From assembly GCF_964204645.1 (NCBI RefSeq), contig NC_134026.1, positions 17,890,150 through 17,954,149 of the forward strand: DNA of 64,000 bases, read 5' to 3'. A model generated the notes under the pieces. The model saw only the letters and a program-made list of their open reading frames with translations. It was not told the DNA's origin and did not search any database. How positions within the stretch are numbered: position 1 is the first letter of the stretch; each line of letters opens with the position of its first letter. The stretch is from Tubulanus polymorphus. Taxonomy: Eukaryota; Animalia; Nemertea. Shown one piece after another: positions 40,052 through 54,544 of this stretch. The position numbers were made by a program, and so were the translations under genes.

Positions 40052-40573
40052 ATGGATTGTAAGAAAAGACGCAAGTCCAATTGGACGGAAGAAGATTTTA
40101 GTAGACCTCGTAAGCGAGAAATACAATACCTTAAAGACCGCGTTCAACAACGTGATACAAATAAACTGAAGAACGAAGTTTGGCAATGCATTACAAATCA
40201 AGTGAATGCCGCTTCAACCGAGGAAAGGACAGTTTTAGAAACGAAGAAGAAATTCGAAGATTTGAAAGCTGCAGCAAAAAAGAAAGCGAACTGGATCAAG
40301 AACTCTTCTAATCGAACTGGTGGAGGAGAACCAACGTCACTTCAGTTGACACCCGTGGAAGAGGCGATCGTGTTTATGATTGGAAGCGATGCAGTGTATG
40401 GTTTAAAAGGGTTAGATTCCAGCAACTGTACACATGAAGATCATGTCATTTTGGTAGATGCATCCGTGCCGGTTCAGGTAGCCAACGAAGGTCTTACTGT
40501 AAAGCCAACCGATCGATCTACACCGGTAAGTTCGCCAAAAGCCAGAAAAAATTTACAGTCGACAAAACAATAA
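40052..40573 (+). pseudogene. Harbinger Myb/SANT-like (trihelix) DNA-binding partner gene, decayed
   Basis: RKSNWTEE...KNEVWQCITNQVNA...ERTVLETKKKFEDLK...RTGGG, the MSANTD-type motif. Divergent from the transposase, with a decayed coiled-coil exon to ~40868. Confidence 0.8.
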
Positions 40574-41777
40574 AACAAACTCTGATCTTTTGTATTTGTT
40601 TCAACAGAAAACTATGAAAAGAAGTGATTGTAGCCGTGAGAAGGGATCAGGAACCGATTGTAAGGAAGTGAAGCGACCGAAAATGTCTCATAAAATTGGC
40701 GGCCAAGATGAACTTTTTGAAATCGAAAGAGAGAGACTTTCCATTGAAAAGCAATGACTAGACGTAGAGAAAGATATATTACGACAACTTGAAACTATAT
40801 CTGCAGTTCTTACGCAGCGTTACGTGGCAACTTTTGAAGAATCAGGGAAAACCTATTTCAACATCTAATGTGATCTAATGTTTTGTTTTCAATGTTCTGT
40901 TTTCCTGTTACATTTTTTTAAGTATACACTATTTCGATGAATAAATTGACATCAGTTCTAAGTCAGAGTCATATTCTACCAAATTATGAATATTCTCACT
41001 TTTTGTTGTTGAGGTAAATATGATGGAAATCATGTAGGTTTTATTCACAAAGAATCATCTGCCGTCTCATCCGCCTACAAGTGTCAAATCCAAACTCATA
41101 ATTACTCAGATTTAAGACAGAGGGGACTTACGTGGGAACTTACGGGTAGGTGAGTCCGCCCAAAAATTCTCGCTACATTTAGGGCAGACTTACGTGACAC
41201 GTAAGTTACAGGTGCTTCGTGAATAAGGACTTTTCTCTACGTGTGAACTTACGGGCAGACTTATGTGACACGTAGGCTTACCCAGCTTTGTGAATACGGC
41301 CCCAGGCCTGAGAGACAAGGAAGTAAGTTTTGATGAGTGAGTGGAAGTCTGACCGTTTGGTTTGTTAATGTTGGATTGAGTTGGAGGGAGGAGGGGTAGT
41401 GTGCTGATCCGCATCATATAAGAATGATGATCCGGATGATGCGGATCATGCCAGCGCTAGTTACATGTAGTCTATTTTAGAATCTCTCTTTCAGTACGTC
41501 ATCGGCAATCCAGTTTAATCAGGTCGACTTGCATAGGGGACTACGTATTTCTACGGGTATACCGTAAATTTACGTGACATCCGGTAAATCCCGTAAATTT
41601 ACGAGACTATCTTCAAAGGCCACACAAACAACTTATTCTTTGTTTCTTAATATTGATTTGTTAGAATAGGGGTTGGCTTGAGCCGCGGAGCCGCCCAGTG
41701 CAGAAAAATTTCCCCACAGCGAGCTGTCCGTTGCGGGGCAGTCTCCGCGCATCATGTAGCTAGCATGGTGTAGTAAA

Positions 41778-43566
41778 GGCCTTTTTTTTTTAATTGCTTG
41801 CAGCACGGATTTTATTACCCAAAAAATGGAAGGGTGGAGGGAAAAAAATAAAAAAGATTTTTCCAAAAGACCTTGTAAAAAAGTGGAAGGGTGAAGGGAA
41901 AAAAAATTAAAAAAATGATTTTATTTAGATAAAAATGATATTATTGAGTTTCATCGCATAATCTGGAAGGGTGAAGGGAAGAAAAACAAACAAAAAATAA
42001 ACATTTTCCCATTTATTGCCTGCTATTATGGGATATCCTGGAGGTATAAAAGAAAAGATAAAAAATTGTTAAATCACATATTTCTTTATTTCAGAACAGA
42101 ACACAATCTTATTGATTTCCTTATTTTGTGCCCCTCCCAACCACGCACAGTCCAGCATCAAGGCACGTAATGCAAATTGGAGGCACAGTCTTGTATAATG
42201 CCTCTGCCTCTTTCCATCTTTCATCGTCTTGGACTCTGCTGTGGCGCCTCCCTCCACTCTCACCACCTTTCCACCATCTGTATCTACCATCGATGCCACA
42301 TCAGACACCCTGAGACCAAGTGACAGCCTTGACAGTCGCCTGTCTTTGCTTCCTTTTCCGACAAATGAGTTGGAAAGCTGCCGCCGCCATTTTCGCTTGC
42401 CGAAATCCTACTATTTACTGAAAGAAACCTCGATGACAAAAATCGGGAACATTGAAAAAAGACGGAGGTCGGAAAAACATAAAATTTTATTTTTATGCCC
42501 CCACAACGCGTTGTGGGGGGGCATACTATATTCACCTCGTCGTCCGTCCGTCTGTCCGCAGTGGTTTCCGTGCCCTAGCACCCAAACCCTTTGACAAATT
42601 TTCCTGTGCTGTACTAGATGAGGTTAGTAACTGATTAGATTTTGGATCCTGTAGGTCCAAGGTAAAGGTCACAGGAAGTCATTTTGTAAATTTCATTTCC
42701 GGGCGCAAACTCATAAACGGTTTAAGATAACTTGGTGAAATTTAATGGATGAGTTATCCTAGAGACTGGGGGTAACCGATTAGATTTTGGGTCCTGTAGG
42801 GTCAAGGTCACAGGAAGCCATTTTGGAAATTTAATTTCCGGGCTCTAACTCATAAACGATTTGAGATAACTCAGTGAAATCTATGGATGGGTTATCCCAG
42901 TGACCGTGGGTAACTGATTAGATTTTGGAACCTGTAGGTCATAGGTCAAGGTCACCAGGAGCTGTTTTGTATTTTTAATTTCCGGGCTCTAACTCATGAA
43001 CGATTTAAGATAACTTGCTGAAATTTTATGGATGGGTTACCCTAGAGACCTTCAGTGACTGCTTAGATATCGGGTCCTGTAGGTCTAAGGTCAAGGTAAC
43101 CAGAAGTTATTTTGCTATTTTCATTTCCGGTTTATAACTCATAAATGGTTTTTGATAACTTAGTGAAATTAAATTGATGGATTGTCCTAGAGCAAATAGA
43201 TTAGATGTTGGGTCCTGTAGGTCAAAGGTCAAGGTCACCAGAAGTTGTTTTGGAATTTTCATTTCCGGGCTCTAATTCATCGATTGTTTACGATTACTAT
43301 GTAAAATGATTAATGAATTAATCTTGTACTTAACTCTCAGGCGTTTCACCTGATGTGGGGGCATCAGTCGTCTTCAGCGACATTCTAGTTTTCTCTAATT
43401 TAGCGGTCATTGTAGAATGGCGGGCGGGAAAAATAAAAATATTTTTTATTTTTTTTAAAGTTCACGGATTTTCAGCATGGGTGAAGGGAAAAAAATGTTT
43501 CTTTTTTCCCAAATTGACGGAAACGACTGCGCCGGATCCGTGCTGCAAGCAATTAAAAAAAAGGCC
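41778..43566. mobile_element. Non-autonomous TIR element (Harbinger/ISL2EU-like termini)
   Basis: TIR ggccttttttttttaattgcttgcagcacggat / atccgtgctgcaagcaattaaaaaaaaggcc in an A/T context. Internal gggtgaagggaaaaaa repeats. Confidence 0.75.
42491..43390 (+). mobile_element. HINE/Helentron non-autonomous element with ~145-bp internal tandem repeats
   Basis: 5' atgcccccacaacgcgttgtgggggggcat hairpin, gtcc microsatellite, ~4.5 repeats of gattagattttgg.tcctgtaggtc, 3' subTIR tgtgggggcat plus short hairpin gtcgtcttcagcgac then ctagtttt. Inserted in a T run. Confidence 0.85.
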
Positions 43567-44361
43567 TAACACATCTATGGAAAGATGTTGTAGAGGGGGT
43601 GTTTTCTGGCATAAAACTGTAATCTGGTAAACAATCTAACTTAATGCAATCCTCTATCAAATTTCCTGTTTGTACCTAAGTGATAGATATACTAATTCTG
43701 TTGAGACCTGTGAGGTATGTACCCCAAAAAGTTAGTGAAATATCTCAGAAAAACAGGTCTCATCCATTTATAAATAGACACAGACTCTGGCTCTTAAGTT
43801 TGAAAAAACAACTTTTAATGAAATGTGCTGTGTTCTTTTTACCTGGATACAACAATTTTTGCAAGTTTGCAGAGCATTCTCCAAATACCGGTATTTAAGA
43901 CAAACATACCATATGACCACTTTGCACAAGCGACTGTTGTCAAAGTAAATAATATTCCATTGGATATTGATTTCAAGAAATAGAAAAACGATATCAAACT
44001 ATTGAAAGATTAATCAACTAGATGATAATTTCGTGAGTACCGGGTAGTTTTTCTTTTCGGGTAGTTTAGAATTAGTTCCCAATTTTCTCCTTCATATTAG
44101 GCCAATTCTCTTGGAGTTTTAGAGGATTTCCATTATAATTTGATTCTTACACTGAACCCTTTTTTTTACGAAAAGAACAAGGCTCCCATCAGTTGCCTGA
44201 TAATAGCCTACAGGTTAGCTTAAGTAGATAGGGGTGGGCGGTTCCGTACTTTAATCATTATTCAAAACAGCGATCCATCCAAATTCATGCGATCCAGCAG
44301 ACAGTTTCTTAAGGAATAACCTCGTCTTTTGAATTTGTCATTACACCTTTGCCTTACACGT

Positions 44362-44536
44362 TGTCTCCTTACACCCCAGATTAACTGTCCAAAAAGGGGA
44401 AGTCGTCTCCTTACACCCCAAACTTCCTGTCCAATATGGGGTAGCCATCTCCTTAAGCCCCAGACTAACTGTCCAATATGGGGAAGTCATCTCCTTACAT
44501 CCTAGACTAACTGTCCAATACGGGGAAGTCGTCTCC
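44362..44536. repeat. 42-bp minisatellite, ~4 copies
   Basis: Unit like gtctccttacaccccagactaactgtccaatatggggaagtc. Confidence 0.85.
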
Positions 44537-45165
44537 GTAAAAATGTGCATGATTTAAACAAATTAACAAACAGAAGTCCAAAGATTAATATGAAGATGAA
44601 TTTCGTTTATTTTACAGTTGATGATGATAAAAAGTGCAAGTGAGTCTAAAGGTTTCACAAGCATTTGATAATTTCAGGCCCACATTTGAATTGTAAAAAT
44701 GCAATACGGTCACATTTAACTTCCAGAGACATGTTAAGTTAATAAAAATGTCATAATAATATTGATGTGCTAATACATGTATAATGCAATACGTTTTACT
44801 AAAATTGAGTGATCAAATGTTGACGAAAAACCAAAAACCATAGCATTAGAAAGTTCAGTATTGTATCAACTGGGCGGCTGATGTGATGATGATCATTTTT
44901 AAAAACAATTTGTCAACAAAGAGAATTTACCTCAAATTGCATATGGATATTTGAAAAATTAGATGCACTGGTACATGCATTTTTTTGAAATACATAGAGC
45001 CTAAAATAATTAACCTAAAATAGTTACGGGGAACTTCGATATCCAAGGCATAAAGTTAGTTGATTTGATATTTTCAATTAACTGAAACTGTCAACTCATC
45101 CGGATAAAAAATACTATAGAAAAAACATTCAGCTATCCCAAGCTATGAAATAAATAGCCTTACTA

Positions 45166-48100
45166 CCCTTATGAAAATGGTACACGTGTATTTAGCTAAA
45201 TACACGTGTAATACACGTGTAATATGAAATTACACGTGTACTTTTGACATGTATTTTGAAGTACATGTGTAAAACACGTGTATTTCTAAAATGCACGTGT
45301 AGTTTGGACATGTATTTTGAATTACACGTGTACTGAAGATGTGTATTTTGAAATACACGTGTAACTTAGGACGTGTATTTTAAAAACACGTGTAAATTCA
45401 TGTGTGGCTTCTGAAATACATGTGCAATCTGGATGCATGTACCTTGGCTAAAAAATTATACATGTACCTTGTTTCTCATAATTGGTCACTTTTGTAAACT
45501 GCAATAAAATTTGTAATTACATCATTTAGCTTCACATGATTTCATAAAAAGTAAGATTTTGCATGTAATGTTCGGAGAATTGAAGGAATCTCCTGTCTTT
45601 TTAATTGTTTGATCCTCATTTAGTAGCTTTTTCCAGGATGCCATGTCAAAAAATCATGTTGTTTGTCCTGTATTGACTAGATTGGATCCTGTATGAATGA
45701 AGCACATGTCTTTGTTGCCCTCTGAATAAATCCAAAAACTGTTTCACAAAAATCATGATCTGAACAAAAAATTTTGGATATTTCATTTATTATCAAGATA
45801 ACTAGAGGCTTAGGGGACTGCCCAAGCCCCGAATTACAATGTTATTTATGAAAAATGTTGAATATATTGCTGTCACCAGCTCCAAGTGTTCTGCTTTCCT
45901 TGTAGGCCCATACACAAAAAATGTCCTTTTTCCTCTAATGTTGCCTTATCGTACTGTATATCACATAATGAACATTTGTATCATACCTGCAGTTTTTTTA
46001 ATAATGTCTTACATACAGCGCAGTAATATTTGTTCACCTCCGCACATAGAGAAAATCTTTTCAAAATAGGCATTTAGAACTGCGTAGAACCGCTTCTCAG
46101 TAACAGTAAATTCAACCGATCCAACAATCCAGTCAAAACAGTTGATGTGGATCCAGCTTTGAGGGAGAACATCATAATAGTAGTAACAGCCCCACGAAGG
46201 GTCACCTCAGCATTTGTGTGGAGAGGATCATCTATTTCCATCAATGAGCTGTGGCTGCAAAACAGATTAAACATTTTGGTGATTGGTCAAGTTCATATCG
46301 GATGAGTAGATTGGCAATTATGATTGCATTCACTTTAGTCATAAGGCACTGTATTACTAACTTACGTCGTCACAACCATTGTCTGCATTATTGGTGGATT
46401 GTGGCCATTTTCAATTCTTAAATCTTCCAGATTCTCAAAATCGACTTCTTGAAAAATCAAAATGTCCATCATTTAGCAACATATTACAAACTACAAAACA
46501 AGAAGTAATTTGAGAATAAATTATTCCCAAGCATATAGAACTTAAGGCTACAGTAGGCCTATACGTAGGTTGGTTTCCAGCTAGCGATTTCGTAGCATAT
46601 TGTTGCGATGAACATGCATAACGTACCAGATCGGACCTGGATTTTTTGTCTGTAAGGGCTTATATACGAAATACCTAGCATTGTCTATCATACATTATCC
46701 ATTATATATGTATACACCACATTTTGTATGTTATACACATAAAAAGTATGTGGTACAATGCGATCGTCCAATACAGACACTGAGACAGACAGAGGCCATC
46801 CCCTCAATTAGCACTGAGCCCGCTTGTGAAAACTAACAACATTAACATTAAACTAAACAATTGGCCTATGCAATAGCATAATTCTCCATGTCTCTTGTTT
46901 GTCCTGTCAACTTTATTGAACTGTCAAACCAATAATTTACTTGTTTAACATTATTATTGATAAGGACCAATAAAGTCAATTTGATTTGCTTAGATTTAAA
47001 ATGATCTTACCTCCAAATGTTTAACATGTAGGCCTACTCGCGTATTTTAACTGGCCTTCTACTTGCAATTTCTTTTTCAAACTCCATGCTTGCAAAAGAC
47101 GAATTCGGTTGGTATACATCGATATTTACCGGTAATTTTTCCACTAAAAAGTGCATCTTTATGTTATTTGTCTTCCATTTTGGAACACTACTAAAATGAA
47201 AACCTCACTGACGAACTGACTAGCTCCGATTAAATGGTTTTCAATGAACAGAAAAACAACCTAGACAAAATAATCTCATCTAAATGTTGAATTAAATACT
47301 AACAGGCCTTATTCATGCACCTTTTTGTCTATTTTTATAATACAGCGTATATTTAAATGATCGTCATTTCTTCACTGAATCGTTATTTTCAACTTACTTA
47401 ATTGATTTTGCCTTAGCTTCATAATAACTTAGTATAAGTAATTTTTTTACTAATTAAATATCACTTATCACGATTATTCTTAAATTCTAAAAGAACTAAA
47501 ATGCTGATGTAAAACTTATTAATAATTAAATAATCTATTTCAATTAAACTCCCAAGCACCCCTGCGCGGTGGCAGCCATATTGCCATTGTTAAGCAACAC
47601 GTTTTCACGCCGTTTTCACAGGCTTTCACGATCTATTCAGTATTATATTCTCATAATGATTGCAAAACGCATTGGATGACAATGTATAATAGGGGATCAT
47701 TGACAACTGGACCAAAAGTGACACTGCTTCTTTGTTTGAGGTGAAACACATAGTGGATCATTGAATGATTAGATTCATTAGAGTGGATTCGAATGGAAGT
47801 GGAACAGAAAAAGTCGAAGGCCATTTGATTTATTATCCCGCGTTTAAAGGACGCGTTGTGGATTGTTCAGGTATTATTATTGTTATGTACATGTAGTAAA
47901 GTAAACGTTTATTGTGTTGGGCTTCAGGCCACCACAAGGTCACTAAAAGAATATGCTTATTGGAATGAAAACTAACATGACTAAGTAAATATTGTAGGCC
48001 TAGAATCTTTATTTTTAGTATTGAATTGAATTTGAATTAGTTATGGTTATTAGTAGGCCTTAAATGATTGAATGTCCAGTGAAAAAATTGTGAGTGATCA

Positions 48101-50799
48101 TTCCAATCGTGAGGGATAAAAATGGAGTTTCTTTGGTGTTTATTCATCCAATCTAAAAACCGCAGGATCATTTTGATTTTGTTGTGCGCCCATCATCGCC
48201 ATTAAATTTGTATGCTGGACATGAAATTAGGTCGCTGTCGGAGTTTCGATTGTCGGCAAAAACGACGTTAGTGCAATCAATTCTTGACCATTTTTTTTCA
48301 AACTTTATAGGGTCTACACCAATAAGAATTGATCCAAGCCGACACTATTAAATTGGAATTCCCATTTTTTGGCTTAAAAATGTGCCCACCAGGGGATTGT
48401 TGGAAAATGATGTTAGCGCGAGAGAGCCTTCAATTTTCCACTGATTTCTCAACAATGACAGTGTGATGAAAATCAGGTATTTACATAATAGATTATATGA
48501 GCGTCGAAATGGTTTTAGTATAGATTACAGCGTGAGCATTGTAAATTCTTCTCATTTTAGGATGCCTACTCACTATTGAATGATACAACAGCTGCTGCCA
48601 TACGCTGATTATTCTGAAAACCTAATACTGTTGGGTGCATGCATGCTGTCGTCCACTCATTTAAAAGAAGAACTAATTGTCAAGGCATTGGACTGGATGC
48701 GAAGCAATGAAAGTCTTCCATGAGGAAAAAAGTTGGACCCAAACCGGGTCAGCTAAATAATACGTAAGTACATGAATTCAATATATAATGGCTAGCGTTC
48801 ATTTGTTGTTGATTTACAGGGGCGGATCCAAGCTGGAAGAACGAGGGTTCAGCTCTTATGAAAAGGGCACTAGTCAATACAGGTCTCACGGTGTGAAACG
48901 GTAGTATGGGGTTTGTGCACTTCGATCATAGGGTGGAATTTTTCACCTGTGATTCAAAAGGGCACTTGGTCAGAAAAGGGGAGGGTTTAACGTTTAATAT
49001 GGCGCTCGAGGCGAACAATCACCGTGTCCTGATGCGTTGGGTGATTCAGTCGAAGGACGTGTTGGATTCGGGCGATTCAGTCGGCGCAGACCCTGACAAA
49101 TTAGGTGATTTTACTGACGATTTCGTTGCACAACATAAGTGCTCGACGAAATTGCCTAATGTGTCCCCAGCTTTAGTCCATTTGAGACTTTAGCCCAAGC
49201 GGGCTATTGCATTCACCCTTTGTTCGTCTGTTGTTGGAATCCAGTATTTTGGGAGGTTTTAATACTCTTGATATTTAAGTTATACATATATCTATCCTAG
49301 CCATGTCTCCAGCCCAAAACTGGTCCGAATCGAGATGGCCAACTGCATTGGCCATTTTCGTTCCCCAAAATCATCACTTATGCAATTTTTTGAAGTTTTC
49401 AAGGGAAATTTTGAAGATGCTTCAATCTTGACACAAGATGGCCATCATGTGACCTTTTTTGTACCCAAAAAGGTCATTTTTGCCTTGTAGCTGCCTAATG
49501 GTTTGCAATTTTTCTTTGAAATTTGTAATGGGTGTACATTCTTAACAATCTAAAACATACGAGACAGATTTTTCGATCAGTCATGCGTGACACATTTGGC
49601 AGCCATCTTAGTGTCATCAGTTCTTATTCATAGATAGAAAAAGGTTTTTGAAGGAAAATATCAACAGGTTTTGACTTATAGTCTTGATATTTGATAATTG
49701 TTACCACTGTTGTAGTATTCATCTCATGTGGAATTGGGGTTACCCAGGTTTTTGTTCTCACCACCAGGGGGAGTTGAATATTGAATTATATACAATTTGT
49801 CTAATTTATTTTTGTACCTATGAATACTTTATAACATCGATCAATTATGAAATTGTAGCTTGTGACATGTTCTATGATAGTGGTGAGTTTCAATGTCCTG
49901 TTTCTATTTTATTATGTTGATTGGTTAGCATTCGAAACCATATGGGCATGGTGTCCCTAGACCCCTTGTTTTTCATCAGGTGGCGTTGAACATTGAAATT
50001 TCCAGATTGTCAAGCATTTCACCATATGGCTTAAAATCAAGTCATTGAAGAGTGCAAAAACTGTTAACTGTTATATGCAGAAGACTCTTAGAAAAAGCTA
50101 CAGAATTCAATCATCATCCCAAGCAGCTGAAGTTGAATTATTTATCCGGGTAAAGAAATCATTTTATACTTTTGCTTAATTTTTTTCAAATGGTTATCAT
50201 TTCAGAACAATGTCAAAAGGAGAAGGGTGCGAAAGAGGCCAACATAAGACATGCCATTACTCAAAGATTTATAAAATTTATGAAGATGAATAAATCAGTT
50301 AGTATGGAAAATGTGAATCTCTTGAGTACGTTCATTCTAAACAGCACATGGATTAAGGAGATTTCCTCACATGGTGGTTTGATTTGAATTCAACAAAAAA
50401 TAGCAATTGAAGACACCTGTATTTAGCATGAAGTACACGTGTAAGACACGTGTAATATTGGATGAAATACACATGTAATTAGGATAAAGTACACGTGTAA
50501 TACAAGATGAAAAACACGTGTAATAAGGATGAAGTACACGTGTAATTTGGATGAAGTACACGTGTAATAAGGATGAAGTACACGTGTAATTAGGATGAAG
50601 TACACGTGTAATTGGGATAAAGTACACGTGTAAAATTGGGCCAATTTTACACGTGTACTTGAAGTACACGTGTAATTAGGATGAAGTACACGTGTAATTG
50701 GGATAAAGTACACGTGTAAAAGTGGGCCAATTTTACACGTGTACTTGAAATACACGTGTATTTTCATTTACAATTACACGTGTACCATTTTCATAAGGG
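45166..50799. mobile_element. EnSpm/CMC-type DNA transposon with subterminal ACACGTGT arrays, decayed interior
   Basis: Perfect TIR cccttatgaaaatggtacacgtgta / tacacgtgtaccattttcataaggg with TA flanks. Dense tacacgtgta repeats at ~45180-45470 and ~50430-50785. Confidence 0.8.
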
Positions 50800-53700
50800 T
50801 ATGCTTGAGATGAGGATCGAGCCCCTGATGTTGACAATGTGATTTGGGGGAGTTCAGAATCCCTCACACACACACAACTATGAAACGTCATATGATTGTC
50901 CCTTTCCCTTCTACTCCCTCTCTATCAACTGCAGTGTACTCAAATAAGGATTAAGGTGTATTGCCGTAATGTATTGTCTATCAATTAAAGAATTTAACAC
51001 ACGCGTTACAACACCAGTTTTCCCGAATTACTTGCTCCAATTCGTTTTGAGCTAAATTGATGCAACTAGAATGATACCACCTAACACAATGATTGCAACC
51101 AATCTGAAAGATTTAAAAGGAGATAATTCGCTTTTATGCGGGGGAAATATTTTTTAAGTAATTTACTCAATCAATCACTACCAGCTGTATACATATACTT
51201 TTATGATAAGGCATATATTTCTTGATTCAGAATACATGATTCCGCAAATGATTTCATATGCTTACCCATTGAGATCCATTCTCTCCAGACCGGCAACATG
51301 CCCAACAACTATTTTCTACATCGACTAGCGATGTCTCGCAGCGATGTCTTTGCGCTTTGCTTTAGGATTTACGGCAATTTCTTTGTTTTTTCAGCAGTAA
51401 TTCGGCATACTGTACACGTTTTAGGGAAATAGATATCGAGGTCTTAAGCTTGTCTCTGCACTAAGTACAAGTACAAGTACAAGTATAGGCCTTTATTGTT
51501 CTTTATTATCGGAACTTACATGTATTACGTATATGCCACAGTAATGGCCATCTTGTTGCAAAGGATGAAAGCGTCCCAAATCTTTGATTTTCAGTGCGAT
51601 CTCCCTGTACCGCAGATATCTCCTATTCATTCGAAAGAATAAAGCAACGTACAATGGATACAAAGCTTTTGTATTATCTTCTTTGAGTGAAATTGAGCCC
51701 AGAAAAAGAAAAGATTAAACATGCCTGAAATTATCTCTGGCTTGGAGAGCTGCGTTTTCATTATATCCAAGTGGGTCAATGTAGATGAAATTTCGCAGAC
51801 GAGGTTGAACCACCTGTGAAAAGATAGGAAAGTGTCATCAAATTAAGCGCTCTTATTTAGGAAGGCAAACAAAAAAATTGTACTCACCACTAGAACCCAA
51901 TGACTCCTATTGTTCCTATGATTGTGTCTTTTGATTCGAAACGATCCTGAATTCGGTTTATATATGCAATATGTTCAATGAATATGGGTAATCAAATCAA
52001 TTCTTAGATCAGACATACGCACGCACCCTACCGCATGCACGCACACACAGATACACACATGCACGCACGCAGACACGCACAAGCACCAATTATCAAATTA
52101 TCAGACAGAAAATCAAGATCAAATTACTCAATTAGGTCAAATTACTAAACTCAATCAAAGTCTTCAAATAATTAGTATTAACCAATGCATATTAAATTCA
52201 TTCATTAAACAAAATCTAAAACAAATAAAATGATACCATGAATCCACGAATCTCTTGACGAACCTTCCTTGCTACCGACGATCTTCCGAGGTTATGATTC
52301 AAATAATTCCACGACGCAAAAATACGCACTCAGATACAGAGACACAGACACACTGCCAGTTTTTATAAAACACTAAAAACCACGTGATTAGAAAAATTTT
52401 GATGCCAGGATTTAAATTAGTAACAGTTGTATGAATTTGTATGAGCTATGTTCTGCGAAACATTAAGACTTTTATCTTTCATATTGGCAAATATGTGTGG
52501 GTTGGTTTCTTAGAATTGAGCATTTGTGCCTCTCCTATTAAGGATTTCAATTGTGGCTTGCATGTCTTGAGTTGGAAGGATGTACACATTTTTGTTTTGC
52601 TTTCCCTGTGTTCCAACTAGTTCCAATCTGAAAAAAATATGATGGACTTTAAGAGACTTCTTAGAAACATGTTCTATTGCAATGTATGATTAAGTATGAT
52701 AACTTACTGATCTATTAGTTTCTTTTCTATGTCGGATATGCATTTATTGATAGTCTCCAATTTTTGCCACCTTCATAGTCAATCGGCTTAAGAATCCGAT
52801 TTCACTGCTTCGTTCTTTACTAACACCCTCTGTAATGTTGCTTCAGCATGTGCCTTGAAAGTTGCTGGATGCAGATCTTTTTTCCAAGTTGGTCTTTGTG
52901 CTCTTGCATTTTTACATCAAAATGATTCCTCAAGGTGATTGAATCATTTGATATGGGAAGGAAGGACATTCTATTTAAGCTTTGTGTATTCTGTGTGGTG
53001 AGAGCAATGCTGAATATTTTGTCTGACCATTCACTTAGATGAAGCTTGATGTAGACATCAAAGCATTTGAATGTGTTGTCATCGCCACTCATTCCTCTTT
53101 TAATTTCTGCACATTTTATCAGGTGATTACCAATTCTGAGTGCGTAGCTAGGTATCTCAAATACTTGAATCTGTTCAGAGTTTATTATGTGTCATGCTTC
53201 TTACACTGCGCATTCTTCGGCAGACATCTGCTCTTCTTGGGCTCTTCCTAATTTTTCTATAAGTATCCCTTTAAAGGAGCAAACTCTGCAGTGTCTCCAA
53301 AGCTCTTGTACAACAAAAAATTTAAAACAAAAAATACATGGCAGGAAATCATTGTTTCTTGAACCTGAATGACGTCTTGCTGCAATGATATGCCTTTCAC
53401 CTGTTGCTAAAAACTAGATGTTCTGTTTGAAATTTCTTATGTGTTTCAATTTTGCAAAATGAGGGTTTGCTTCATTTTTAATCTTCCTTAGCAAGAGCCA
53501 GAATGCAGAATCATTGGCGTGCTGGCTGATGTGGTGATTTTGTTTTTGGATATTTATAGAGTTCCTCAAAAAGTAGCATGAAAGTATAGCTTGTTATAAA
53601 GTCGCTATTATTTTGATGTTCTTGCAGTGATTGTACTCTCGGCCCTATAGAAATTGAAATGTATATATAATCTTAAATCCCCCTGGTTATCGAAAGGGTA

Positions 53701-54544
53701 TAAGTGCTTGAAGCTTGCTAAATATTTTTCTTTGTTAATATAAGTTGTCTTTCACTAAGTGATGGCAATTTTCTTCAACATTTCGAGGATAGTTGTACAT
53801 TTTTTGCTTGGAGATAGGTGAAAATGCTAGGCTAAACAAACGAAAAACCATTCAAATGAATGTAAACACAGATTGTGGCATTATTTCACGATATTCCTCT
53901 TCTGTCATTACTGTTTGAGACCTAAGTGCCTCTTCTAGTTAGTTGTCTGCACTACCATCAGTATCACATCTCTAGATAGATCTATTCCAATATTGGTATC
54001 AGAACCTCGGTTGCTCACTCACTGATCAACTATGAGGAAGTGTTTAATTGTCCGACTTCTGTAATACGTCTAACCCGCACTTGCCTGTTGTTATCGGCCA
54101 CCGTGTGGTCCTCCAAATCTGATTACCTAAATCACCGATACCGACAACAAAATACAAAACGCAAACACTGGAATAAAATACTACTTTATATATATATGTC
54201 TATTATTGATAAGGAAGTTACTCAAATTATCAAATTATCAGACAGAGAAAAATAAGATCAAATTACTCAATTATGTCAAATTACTAAACTCAATCAAAGA
54301 CTTCAAATAATTAGAATTAACTAATGCATATTAAATTCATTCATCAAACAAAGTCTAGAACGAATAAAATGATACCACCAATCTCTTGACGAACCTTCCT
54401 TGCTGCTGACGATCTTCCGAGGTTATGATTCAAATAATTCCACGACGCAAAAATACGAACTCAGATACAGAGACACAGAAACACTGTCAGTTTTTATAAA
54501 ACCCCCATGATTAGAAAAATTTTGATACCAGGACTTAAAAATTA

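Larger units (their letters stand above)
32329..41302. mobile_element. Decayed autonomous-type PIF/Harbinger transposon expanded by nested insertions
   Basis: TIR ggaccgcattcacgaagc / gctttgtgaatacggccc with CWG flanks (ctg/cag). Subterminal cttacg/cgtaag repeats at both ends. Internal Harbinger transposase and Myb/SANT genes. Confidence 0.75.

Noticed and set aside
50367-50767. 100-114 aa repetitive ORFs
   Set aside because: Translations of the EnSpm subterminal ACACGTGT array.
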